Positions 52,227-60,948 of a stretch of DNA of 64,000 nt are shown here, piece after piece. The stretch is from Negativicutes bacterium (GTDB taxonomy: Bacteria > Bacillota > Negativicutes > UBA1444), in NCBI GenBank assembly GCA_963665275.2, contig CAXXIN010000007.1, positions 192,001-256,000 on the forward strand, in the 5' to 3' direction. The notes under the pieces were generated by a model that was not told where the DNA came from, did not search any database, and saw only the letters and a list, made by a program, of their open reading frames with translations. Made by a program: the position numbers and the translations under genes. Within the stretch, counting starts at the first letter, position 1. Every line of letters starts with the position of its first letter.

Positions 52227-53672
52227 TCAGTGCGCCAGTTTCGCCAGATAGGAATGAATCGCTGGAATCTCCGCCTTGTGTTTTTCGAAGATCTCTTTCG
52301 CTTTCATCCTTATGCTCGCCACGCCATTGGGGTCGTGTTTTGCCTTGCCATATTGACCATTCATCCCGAATAAATCAAGCATCTTTTGTGCATCTTGCGG
52401 GTTTTTCTTGGAGATAGTCGTAATAATTTCCAATAATTTGAACGTATCTTGCGACTCCTCACGGCGCGGCTTGTATTGACGCTTCGCCGTGGAAACCATT
52501 GCATTGGACGGACTGTTCAGGCATGTCTGCATTTGCGCAGCGGCATAAACGCCATTGTTGACCAAAATAACAACCAGCGTGTCGGCTGCGTTTCGTTCAG
52601 GGCTCGAGGTATTTAGCGGACTGGTTCGCCAGGTATATACAATCAGCGAATTTTGTTGTTCCAACGGCAGCGTTGTCGTTGAATTCGCCGCAGTCGTATT
52701 ATATACGAGGTAGCTGCTGTTGCCGCTTTGCATCGGCAAGGCAAGTCCCGTGCTACCATTTGCCGGCAATGCTGCCGTAACATTGATTCCCTTGTAGGTT
52801 GCCGGATAGGGTGCGTTGGTATATACCTCCGACCCCGAATCAAGCATTTCCTTAACCGATGTATATATGCCGTAAACCATATCGGCCACGGTCAGCGGAT
52901 TCGGCTCCAGGATCGTGTCGATATCGATCAGCAGCGTAAGTATATCCTCCACCCAATCTTGTTTAGGTGGAAAAGTGCTTTGCCCAGATTGATAGGCACT
53001 CGTGGCGCCACCCAGGCTGTTGATATTGATGGCATAGCCCGGCAGCGTCGCTCCGGTGCTGGAAACCAGTTTCAGATTGATCGAGCTTATCGACGGATTG
53101 GCCATACTTTGCCCAAACGCCTGTTGTTGCGGCGTAACCGAGTGATATGTATTGGCTGGTCCGGGTGTTGCCCCCATGCTGGCGCCGCCCGGAGACTGAT
53201 AGGTTGTATATGAAGTATTGGGAAAACTAACCGTGCCGCTCCAAGACGGAAACAAAGCAAACGCATTGACAAAGCCGAAGTTCGTGTTGGCGGCGGCGCC
53301 GGAAGATAAAACCACCGGCTGCAAGGAGGCATTCGTTGCGCCACTTGGTGTAATGGCGGGCGTAGTCGGATTGCTGAAAAACGGAGTTGTTCCCCCTTGC
53401 GCATAAGCTACCCCAGACAACCCCATGGCGATGGGGGTGTTCGCTTTTGCATATGCCGAGGCCTGGTTGGTGGAAACGTTCATATTGATCGCCGACTGGG
53501 TCAGGTTCATCAGCATTACAGGTAAAACACCATAGGTCTGAATCTGAACCGCCGTTCCTGCTGGCGGCGGCGATACCGGCGCGTCTGCCTGCACGACATT
53601 GTTGGACATGACTACAAAAACAAAAAACAAGGGCAAGGCCAATTTACGAAAGCCACATTTAGCACCACACAT
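52227..53672 (-). CDS. Secreted hypothetical protein (481 aa)
   Basis: Signal peptide ending VQA, GGAGG RBS; no recognisable family. Confidence 0.75.
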   Translation of the reverse strand: MCGAKCGFRKLALPLFFVFVVMSNNVVQADAPVSPPPAGTAVQIQTYGVLPVMLMNLTQSAINMNVSTNQASAYAKANTPIAMGLSGVAYAQGGTTPFFSNPTTPAITPSGATNASLQPVVLSSGAAANTNFGFVNAFALFPSWSGTVSFPNTSYTTYQSPGGASMGATPGPANTYHSVTPQQQAFGQSMANPSISSINLKLVSSTGATLPGYAININSLGGATSAYQSGQSTFPPKQDWVEDILTLLIDIDTILEPNPLTVADMVYGIYTSVKEMLDSGSEVYTNAPYPATYKGINVTAALPANGSTGLALPMQSGNSSYLVYNTTAANSTTTLPLEQQNSLIVYTWRTSPLNTSSPERNAADTLVVILVNNGVYAAAQMQTCLNSPSNAMVSTAKRQYKPRREESQDTFKLLEIITTISKKNPQDAQKMLDLFGMNGQYGKAKHDPNGVASIRMKAKEIFEKHKAEIPAIHSYLAKLAH

Positions 53673-53915
53673 TCCCGTGTCCTCCCTTCCTTTTGACCAC
53701 TGATGAAATTCCAGCTCCGGTCTCTACGGTTTGTCCCCTCCATTGCCAATTTATTCGATTCCTCGATATTGGTTTACCGTTCGACAGCCTTCCCTTTTTT
53801 ACCTTTTTTTAGGTAATTATATTTCATAATTCGATTTTCGGCGATGACACCCTACGCAACGTATGGAACAAAGCAACGTGCGTAAGTTGCACCGTTCTTT
53901 ATCTTGTTCCCCGCG

Positions 53916-55571
53916 TCACGGCTTGATTTCAGCACTTTCCAGAGGGCACTTCAGGTTGTAGGCGCTCACCACCCGGTTACGTCCGGAGTTTTTCGCCTGA
54001 TACATGGCTTTGTCCGCCAGAGCGATGAGTGAAGATGGCGACTCTCCCCTGGATGGCACCATCGAAGCTACCCCAAGGCTGATCGTAACACACCGGCTTG
54101 GCGCCTCGACGTTTGCGATCTGCATGCCTTCCACTCGTTTCCTGATTTTTTCGGCGACAATCATGGCGCCGGCCAAATCCGTATCCGGCAATACAACGGT
54201 AAACTCCTCGCCGCCATATCGGGCAGCAAGGTCCGTGACCCGTTTGATGCTTTTATCCAACACGCCGGCAACATCCCTCAAGCAGTCATCACCGCTCTGA
54301 TGCCCGTAAGTGTCATTATACAGCTTGAAAAAATCGATGTCGGCCATGATAAGGGATAGCGACTTTTGTTGCCGCAACCCTATCCGCCATTCCCTTTCAA
54401 GGGATTCATCAAAATAACGGCGGTTTGCAATGCCTGTCAGACCGTCTACCAAGGTAAGTCGGTGAAGTTCTTCATTTAGGGCTTCGAGTTCTCCGTTCAT
54501 GGCTTCCAGTTCCGCATTCTGCACAGTCAGCTTTTCATTGGCGCTATCCAGCTCCTTGGTACGCTCTTCCACCTTACGATCCAAATTTTCATTGCCTTCC
54601 CGCAACCTTTTCTCCAGTAAAATCAGCAGCCAGCACGCTCCGAGCAAAAATAGGCTCTCCACGGTTGCAGACCCATAGTATTCACTTCGGCGTTGATAAA
54701 AGGGTTTCAACACCTCTGTTTCTTGTTCAGAGATTACCAGGACTATGGGGTATTCCGGCATCCGAAAATAGCTGATGAAACGACGGACATTGTCAATGGC
54801 CGAAGCAGCAGTATAAAATCCCCGTTCAGATTGTTGTAAATGCTTGTATAAGCTGGCCCCGGCAATATTCATCCCCGCAGAGAATTCATCACCCATCTGC
54901 CTCGCCAGCACGTTGCCGTCCATGTCTTGTATGGCAATTGTTGCGCCCTTTCCCAAGTTCATTTGGCGAAATATTTTCGTGAAATACAATGGATCGACGG
55001 CGGCAACTACAACTCCGCCAAAGCTTCCATCCGGCTTATTCAAACGATAACTGAGATGAAAGGCCCAAACCATACTTCCCTGGAATACTTGTTCTGGAAC
55101 AGCTCTCGATATAAGCAACAATTGAAGGTCACGTTCCCGGTGTTTCAGAAAATATTCCCGATAATTCCCATTTTCGTTTAATTGTTCGGGGTTGGAACTG
55201 ACAAAGATTTCTCCCTTTTCATCCATAACGGAAATATGCAACACCGGAAGAGATTTCGTAGAATAAATACGCGTTATTGATTCAGGCCTGATCAACCCAT
55301 TTTTTTCATACTCCTGCTTCAGCGAACCCAAAACGTCATCAATGTTTTCAAAATTGCGCCGGATATTTTCATCGTAGGCTAACAGCAGGTTGGCTGAGGC
55401 TTCATTGGTTTTCTGAATGTCCTGCTGGTATTCGTGATCAATAAGCGTCAAAAAATGAAACCAAACACCGCTGACAGCTATAAGCGTCGTGACAGCAATA
55501 ATAGCGCTTATTCTCCCATATCCAAACAAGGTCCTTTTATTATTGTATGGCGCCTTTCGCGCATCTTGCAT
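53916..55571 (-). CDS. Sensor diguanylate cyclase (TM-Cache-TM-coiled coil-GGDEF)
   Basis: DGLTGIANRR, DIDFFK.YND.YGH..GD, RVTD I-site, RYGGEEF; start could be 55595. Confidence 0.92.
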   Translation of the reverse strand: MQDARKAPYNNKRTLFGYGRISAIIAVTTLIAVSGVWFHFLTLIDHEYQQDIQKTNEASANLLLAYDENIRRNFENIDDVLGSLKQEYEKNGLIRPESITRIYSTKSLPVLHISVMDEKGEIFVSSNPEQLNENGNYREYFLKHRERDLQLLLISRAVPEQVFQGSMVWAFHLSYRLNKPDGSFGGVVVAAVDPLYFTKIFRQMNLGKGATIAIQDMDGNVLARQMGDEFSAGMNIAGASLYKHLQQSERGFYTAASAIDNVRRFISYFRMPEYPIVLVISEQETEVLKPFYQRRSEYYGSATVESLFLLGACWLLILLEKRLREGNENLDRKVEERTKELDSANEKLTVQNAELEAMNGELEALNEELHRLTLVDGLTGIANRRYFDESLEREWRIGLRQQKSLSLIMADIDFFKLYNDTYGHQSGDDCLRDVAGVLDKSIKRVTDLAARYGGEEFTVVLPDTDLAGAMIVAEKIRKRVEGMQIANVEAPSRCVTISLGVASMVPSRGESPSSLIALADKAMYQAKNSGRNRVVSAYNLKCPLESAEIKP

Positions 55572-55712
55572 GGAGTCACCTCGATTATTTCTCATACTGT
55601 ATTTTATACTACTATTATCGTATTATGATCATTACTTCTGAACGCGACCTGTCGCAACTAAACCGATGCCATCCAGTAAAACCTTTGAAGCGCAAACGCG
55701 TAACAGCATAGA

Positions 55713-55748
55713 AAAATGACCTACCGCATTTATTATAGTAGGTCATTT
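55713..55748. terminator. Terminator at the end of the phage-like leftward operon
   Basis: AAATGACCTAC...GTAGGTCATTT inverted repeat with T run on the minus strand. Confidence 0.7.
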
Positions 55749-55772
55749 CCCTTTTGCAAATTATATTCTTTT

Positions 55773-56129
55773 TTATACCTCTTCGTCTTCCTTCAGCTCG
55801 ATGGTCTCGCCCTCGAGCGTCCCGTCCCACGTCACCTCAGACAGCGGCTCGTCGTCGCCCCCTCCGGCGCCGGTTCCTCCCTCATCCTCCATCGCCAATA
55901 TCGCCGCCACCCGGTGGATGATGTCATGCGCCTCCTCAACGCGCCTCCTGGCCATTGTCTCGCCCTCGTCCGCCGCTTCCTCGTCCTCAGTCACATCATC
56001 CACCGCGCCGATCACTTCGCCGATCTGGCCGATCCGGCGCTGGGTAAGATCATCGCGGGAGGCGACCGCCCCTAATGCTCCGAGCAATACTTTCAATATC
56101 CTCGTTACCTCTGTCAACAACATCGTCAA
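55773..56129 (-). CDS. Acidic hypothetical protein with N-terminal amphipathic/hydrophobic helix
   Basis: 118 aa ORF, purine-rich RBS, followed by terminator. Confidence 0.7.
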   Translation of the reverse strand: MTMLLTEVTRILKVLLGALGAVASRDDLTQRRIGQIGEVIGAVDDVTEDEEAADEGETMARRRVEEAHDIIHRVAAILAMEDEGGTGAGGGDDEPLSEVTWDGTLEGETIELKEDEEV

Positions 56130-56246
56130 AACCCCTTTCCTTATCTATTTTTAACGGGTTAATGCAAAATCGCGGGACCGTCGCCTTTCCTTCGGCAGCG
56201 TGTCCCGCGTTTTGTTTGCTTTCTTGCCCGGATGGCCGGTCAGCGT

Positions 56247-58822
56247 TTATGCCTTCATTTTTTCATTTCGCGCTCGCCACTCCCGGCATTCGTTGCAACG
56301 GTTCATCTGGTCTTCCATCCGCTGGGCGATCGCCACGGCCGTCTTTTCAAACGCCCCCAGCCGATCGTGTTACCCTAAGCCAGCAAGTCGCCCTACTGAC
56401 TCGGCTTCAAAACCGGACTTGACAGTTTCCCGTCATCCGGCTCCTCAACTTTCCATACTTTCTGAAGAGCGGCTCCTATTTCGACAATGCTCATGTGCCA
56501 GTTGACTGATCTCCCGTTGTCTACCATTCTTACTTTTGCCGATTCGCTCCATGACGGCTACCGGTTCCGACATCCGGGTAAAGTACAAACCACATATCGC
56601 GCAGCATCCCTTTTGTTTCTTGAGAAGCCTTGCGACGTAATTGTCCAGTTCCGGATGCCGCCCCATCCGAGTGGCCCAGTACAACCAGTCCCCATCATAA
56701 GGACTGCGTTTTCTGTCCACTTTGATGTGACGACGAATCGGTGTTTCACCGTGCAGGTACAGGGTCGCCCCCTCCGAAGAACGGAATTGCCATCGCTTGC
56801 CGTTATGATGCCAATACTTTCGGTAGATCCATTGCTTCGCTTTGTTTGGGTGTCTGCGTTTCATCCAGGCCCACAGCTTTTCCCACAGAACGTGCTGCAA
56901 TTTGCTGAACATTCTAGATGAAGCCTGGGTGGAATAGTAGCGACACCAGCCCCGAATAATCGGGTTGAGTATGCGAATCAGTTTCTCCTGTGTACCGGCT
57001 TGGAGGCTGTCGATGACTTCTCCCATTCTATCTTGGTGGCGAAGGACACCATCCTTGCTGGGACGAATCAGTGGGAGAAACGTTAATCGCTCCTCACTGT
57101 TCGTATACCGTCGGGTATGGGTTTGCCCCGCTGGTACCTGTTGTATATGGAAGCCGAGGAAATCAAATCCCGGCGGCTGCCCGTTGATCGCTTCCAAGGT
57201 ATGGACGATGCGGGTTTTGGTCGGACTTAATTCCAGACCCATCGTTGCCAGCCATTTCTCCGTAACTTTGCGGAGATTATGGATGACTTCCAAGTCGCGA
57301 TGCATGATCACAAAGTCGTCCGCGTACCGGATGACCCGAGGCCACCACGTCACGTCTTCTCCTGCAATCATACGGCGATAAGGGATTTGACGCTTGATCT
57401 CCTCTTCCAACCCATGCAGCGCGATGTTTGCCAAGAGCGGAGAAATCACCCCTCCTTGCGGCGTCCCTCGCTCTGCCCGCTGGAAGACGTCTCCTTCCAT
57501 TACTCCAGCTTTTAACCACCTTCGCACGATGCGACGCACCCGTGGGGCTGCGTCCATCTTATTGAGTAGCGCGCGGTGGTCGATGCGGTCGAAACATTTT
57601 GCAATGTCCGCATCCAGTACATATTTCGGTTGATGAGCAATTTGTCCGAATATGTATTGAATCGCATCATGGCAGCCCCTGCCGGGACGGAAGCCGTAGC
57701 TGTTTGGTTCAAACCGGGCTTCCCATTCCGGCTCCAGAGCCTGCTTGACCATCGCCTGTGCCGCCCGGTCTTGAAGGACCGGGATTCCCAGCGCTCGTCG
57801 CTCCGTTTTCCCCGGTTTGGGGATGTATATACGGCGCACGGCCTGTGGCACAGGAATCTGCTTGAGCTGTTTGGCCAACTGGATTTTGTCTTCCTGGCTG
57901 ATGGAGGCTATCTTATCCACGCCGGGCGTTTTCTTCCCGGCGTTGTCTTGAGCCACGCGCCGCACGGCGAGTAACCGGGCGGGCCACGAGGCGATAAGCA
58001 GCCGCTGCAGCCGTTGAACATTTCGCTTGTCGCCCTTTAGAGTCGCTTGGTAGATTCGTTTTTGAAGCTTGAAAACCGCCCGCTCGACTTGCGGCCAGCA
58101 AATGGTCTTCCATTCATCCATCGGCAGTTGTGCCGTGTCCATGACATATCCACTCCTACTATCGAAATACCATTTGGAAAACCGGGGCCACGTCTGCTTA
58201 TCCGTCGGCTTTCCCGACGGCATTTGCTTCTTGGCCCATCCTGCCCTCCGTTGGCATACGGTTGACTGCCTGCTCCGAAAAGAATCCGGAGAGCCAGCGG
58301 AGAGTTACCCCGTTCCTGAATATCGTTTTGCGTAAAGGGTAGAACCGCACTATCCACCGGGTTTCTGTGAGTGTGGAACCGGTCGCAACTCGAGACGCCG
58401 GCCTCGTATCCTTGTCCGTTTTGGACCAAGCCCTTCGGTCCGCGTTGGGGGCTTGTTCTGGTTGACGGTGGTTCACGCATGCGTTCGCTTTCGCTGTTCT
58501 TGCTTTACCTGCTTGCGGGAGTTCCCGAGTCGGACTCCGGGTTACCCGCGTTTCGCCCATGCTGGCACCGTTCGGTTTGTCACTTCCGCACAGTGTGGGC
58601 GATGATGTTCCCTGTCCACCACAGGGGCTGGGAATTGAGTTTCCTCGCGCCCAGCTTCGATATTCAAGTTGTCGCTGAAGGCCTTCTGACCTTCACTGCC
58701 TCCCATCCCTTCAAACCCATGGCTTGAATTTCAGGAGAACGGGTCGCACCAAGTTTGATCAAGAGCCAAGCGGCCACTGCAATCGGGAATCCCACCTGGG
58801 ATATGAGCTGCGCCCAGTCCAT
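56247..58822 (-). CDS. yvrJ: YvrJ family protein, split by group II intron (exon 1 58750-58822, exon 2 56247-56368; 64 aa spliced)
   Basis: Spliced: MDWAQLISQVGFPIAVAAWLLIKL-DDRLGAFEKTAVAIAQRMEDQMNRCNECREWRARNEKMKA; VGFPI motif; follows DUF2922. Confidence 0.85.
56369..58749 (-). mobile_element. Group II intron (IIB, chloroplast-like class), 2381 nt
   Basis: 5' GTGCG at 58749; domain V GAGCCGGATGACGGGAAACTGTCAAGTCCGGTTT; domain VI ending GGGTAAC at 56369; EBS1 CGAGTT pairs with IBS1 AACTTG. Confidence 0.93.
56445..58142 (-). CDS. ltrA: Group II intron reverse transcriptase/maturase
   Basis: RVT_N (VFKLQKRIY), NAGKKTPGVD, SYGFRPGR, GTPQGGVISPLLANI, RYADD, maturase LNPIIRGWCRYY; start ATG 58142 with AGGAG RBS. 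Confidence 0.95.
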   Translation of the reverse strand: MDTAQLPMDEWKTICWPQVERAVFKLQKRIYQATLKGDKRNVQRLQRLLIASWPARLLAVRRVAQDNAGKKTPGVDKIASISQEDKIQLAKQLKQIPVPQAVRRIYIPKPGKTERRALGIPVLQDRAAQAMVKQALEPEWEARFEPNSYGFRPGRGCHDAIQYIFGQIAHQPKYVLDADIAKCFDRIDHRALLNKMDAAPRVRRIVRRWLKAGVMEGDVFQRAERGTPQGGVISPLLANIALHGLEEEIKRQIPYRRMIAGEDVTWWPRVIRYADDFVIMHRDLEVIHNLRKVTEKWLATMGLELSPTKTRIVHTLEAINGQPPGFDFLGFHIQQVPAGQTHTRRYTNSEERLTFLPLIRPSKDGVLRHQDRMGEVIDSLQAGTQEKLIRILNPIIRGWCRYYSTQASSRMFSKLQHVLWEKLWAWMKRRHPNKAKQWIYRKYWHHNGKRWQFRSSEGATLYLHGETPIRRHIKVDRKRSPYDGDWLYWATRMGRHPELDNYVARLLKKQKGCCAICGLYFTRMSEPVAVMERIGKSKNGRQREISQLAHEHCRNRSRSSESMES

Positions 58823-58826
58823 CGGA

Positions 58827-59039
58827 CTACGCCAGCACCGTGGTATCCTGAGTCAGGATGATCGGATCGACTGCCGAGACGAGATCTCCGCCGCTCGATG
58901 CGAACAGGTTCCGGGCGATGATCATGGTTTGTGTGGCAACGGCTTCCGCTTTGGTGAGGTTTTCTTTTGGATTGGCGATGAGGATGTTCACATCCTTGCC
59001 TGCCGCGTTCTTGAAGCCGAGTTTGGCTGTTCTAGTCAT
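58827..59039 (-). CDS. DUF2922 family protein
   Basis: LGFKNAAGK..I.I.NPKENLT...MII.RNLF...GGDL; AGGAGG RBS. Confidence 0.82.
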   Translation of the reverse strand: MTRTAKLGFKNAAGKDVNILIANPKENLTKAEAVATQTMIIARNLFASSGGDLVSAVDPIILTQDTTVLA

Positions 59040-59075
59040 CGGTTGCTCCTCCTTTCGCCAGATTTTTTACCGGCG

Positions 59076-59300
59076 TTACTCGCCGATCAGGTTGGCGCTG
59101 TCGGTGCGAACGATCGCAACGAGCGATTTCGCCTGCAGTCCCGCGAGACTGGCGCCGACATCATAGATGTCCTGGTCGGTGGCGGTCGGTTTCACGTTGG
59201 AAAAGCTCAGCGTCTTGAAGACGTTGGCCCCGGTGGCGCTGACGCCATTCACGACTTTGATGCCGATCCGGGATTCCTGGGGTGCTTTCGTAACAGCCAT
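59076..59300 (-). CDS. DUF1659 family protein
   Basis: GV...G..VFKTLSFSNVKPTATDQDIYDVG.SLAGLQ; AGGAGG RBS. Confidence 0.82.
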   Translation of the reverse strand: MAVTKAPQESRIGIKVVNGVSATGANVFKTLSFSNVKPTATDQDIYDVGASLAGLQAKSLVAIVRTDSANLIGE

Positions 59301-59713
59301 GAGGATCCCTCCTTCCTGGGTAACGCGGATTTCGCGCTCCCAAACATTCTATGAAAAACGGGACTCAGTGCCCCGATTTTCCGGTTGTGCCCACATCCCG
59401 CCTTTTTTTGCCGCCCGACGGTTCAGCAAGGTTCAGCTACAAGGCACGGCGAGGCTTGTACTGCGCCGCGTACAAATCGTACGCAAGCAGGACAAACACA
59501 GTCGTAACGCCGTAGATGGGCCTTGCTGGGCCGCCGGACATGAGAAAAGGACACGCCATGGCTGACGTGTCCCAAAAACGGGGATGGAGGTACTATATGG
59601 CAGCCGCAAGGTAATTAGTCCTGCGGGTGAGCCCGGTATCGTGCGCCCCATCCCCATAGAGCCTATGTAGTTTTCAAGGTTTGTTTTTGTCTACAGTCTT
59701 ATTATACGTCGGT

Positions 59714-60286
59714 TTATTCGTCCGTGAACGCCTCCGGCGGAAATCTTTTCAGTTCTTTTTCATAGTCATCCACTCCTACCGCGATGGCGGCTCCCATCCG
59801 CCATTGCTCCAGCGAATCGGTGAGCATTTCTCGATCCACCACATTGGAGATAAAGCCTCCTTCGACGAGCACCGCCGGACAGTCCGTCTCCCGCAGCACC
59901 TGGAAGCTCGCTTCCTTGACGCCCCGGTCGTCGGTGAGCATGGCATCGGTCATGCAGAACTGGATGCAGCGGGCCAGCTGACGCCCTTTGATACTACCGG
60001 GATAGTAGTACGTTTCTGTTCCGTCGGCATCGAGGTTCTCCGAGCTGTTGCAGTGAATACTGATGAACAGGTCGGCTCCCCACTGGTTGGCCCGTTCCGC
60101 CCGAAAAGCCAGTCCATCGCTTTCGATGTGCTTGGGTCGGGTCAGGATCACTGCGTGTCCGCGCAGCTTGAGCTCTGCTCTGGCAAAGCGGGCGATGTAC
60201 CAGTTGATATCGGCTTCATTGCAACCGCCGGCGCACGCCCCCGGCTCCACGGGGCCGCTATGCCCCGGATCAAGTACGATTTTCAT
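59714..60286 (-). CDS. N-acetylmuramoyl-L-alanine amidase (Amidase_3, catalytic domain only)
   Basis: LDPGH, E, SIHCN, GTETYY, VLVEGGFISN; no signal peptide or cell-wall-binding domain. Confidence 0.92.
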   Translation of the reverse strand: MKIVLDPGHSGPVEPGACAGGCNEADINWYIARFARAELKLRGHAVILTRPKHIESDGLAFRAERANQWGADLFISIHCNSSENLDADGTETYYYPGSIKGRQLARCIQFCMTDAMLTDDRGVKEASFQVLRETDCPAVLVEGGFISNVVDREMLTDSLEQWRMGAAIAVGVDDYEKELKRFPPEAFTDE

Positions 60287-60374
60287 AACACAACCTCCCT
60301 CGAATTATTTTATCGTCACTCGGCTCATCTTCACCAAAATAAGGTGCCATGAAGTCGGGATTATTTGCATCGTG

Positions 60375-60674
60375 TCAGCCATTTTTGAATGGCGCGATCT
60401 CGTCCGCTCGGACGAACCTGTGTTTCCCCGGCACTTCCGGGTCCGTTCCCTCACATGTATGGATCGCCCCATATACCATCACCTGCTGGCCGCGAACTGC
60501 GGCTTTTTTCAACACCTTCAAACATTCGTTAACGCCAACGACTTCCATGATCTCCGGCTTACCGCCCTTGCTGTCGTTGACTCTCAGGGAAAACCAGTAA
60601 CGAAATCTTCCAGACTTTGTCTTTACCTGTTGAGGTTCTCCGGTCAGCGTTCCCGTGATCATTACATGATTCAT
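60375..60674 (-). CDS. Single-stranded DNA-binding protein-like (OB fold, no acidic tail)
   Basis: MNHVMITGTLTGEP...FSLRVN...RGQQVMVYGAI...VRADEI. Confidence 0.68.
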   Translation of the reverse strand: MNHVMITGTLTGEPQQVKTKSGRFRYWFSLRVNDSKGGKPEIMEVVGVNECLKVLKKAAVRGQQVMVYGAIHTCEGTDPEVPGKHRFVRADEIAPFKNG

Positions 60675-60828
60675 CGTTATCATCCTCTCTTCTTTTTTTG
60701 ATTCTGATTTTCAACTTAGGTTATGCACATTTCCACCCCCTTTATTACTACGACGTTCTTAAATAGTTTATGTCTGGTTTGGTATAGGATCCGCACCAGA
60801 CCTGTATTTACGCGCTTCGCGGCTTGCG

Positions 60829-60888
60829 CTTGAACACATTCTTGAACACAACCTTAGACACATTCTTGAACACAATCGTGAACCTCAT
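60829..60888. repeat. Five 12-bp tandem iteron-like repeats
   Basis: CTTGAACACATT CTTGAACACAAC CTTAGACACATT CTTGAACACAAT CGTGAACCTCAT. Confidence 0.85.
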
Positions 60889-60903
60889 GGGTTCAAGCAG
60901 CTT

Positions 60904-60935
60904 TTATGCACAAACTTATCCACAGGTTATCCACA
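60904..60935 (+). promoter_or_regulatory. Three tandem DnaA boxes
   Basis: TTATGCACA (60904), TTATCCACA (60916), TTATCCACA (60927). Confidence 0.75.
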
Positions 60936-60948
60936 GATTTTGAGCTAA

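Noticed and set aside
53680-53915. c-di-GMP riboswitch upstream of the secreted pair
   Set aside because: No class I (GGCAAAC...GACGCAAAGC) or class II consensus visible
56445-58223. Reverse transcriptase as retron, DGR or defence RT
   Set aside because: Has maturase domain, domains V/VI and splice boundaries of a group II intron; no TR/VR pair or msr-msd seen
58037-58727. ORFs 58037-58480, 58198-58560 and 58371-58727
   Set aside because: Lie within the intron's ribozyme domains; no coding evidence
59685-59716. dif-like XerCD site for module integration
   Set aside because: Only one arm resembles XerC (GACGTATAA); no TTATGT XerD arm; better read as a -10 box
60829-60935. Chromosomal oriC or CRISPR array
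   Set aside because: No dnaA/dnaN context, repeats lack spacers, no cas genes in the window
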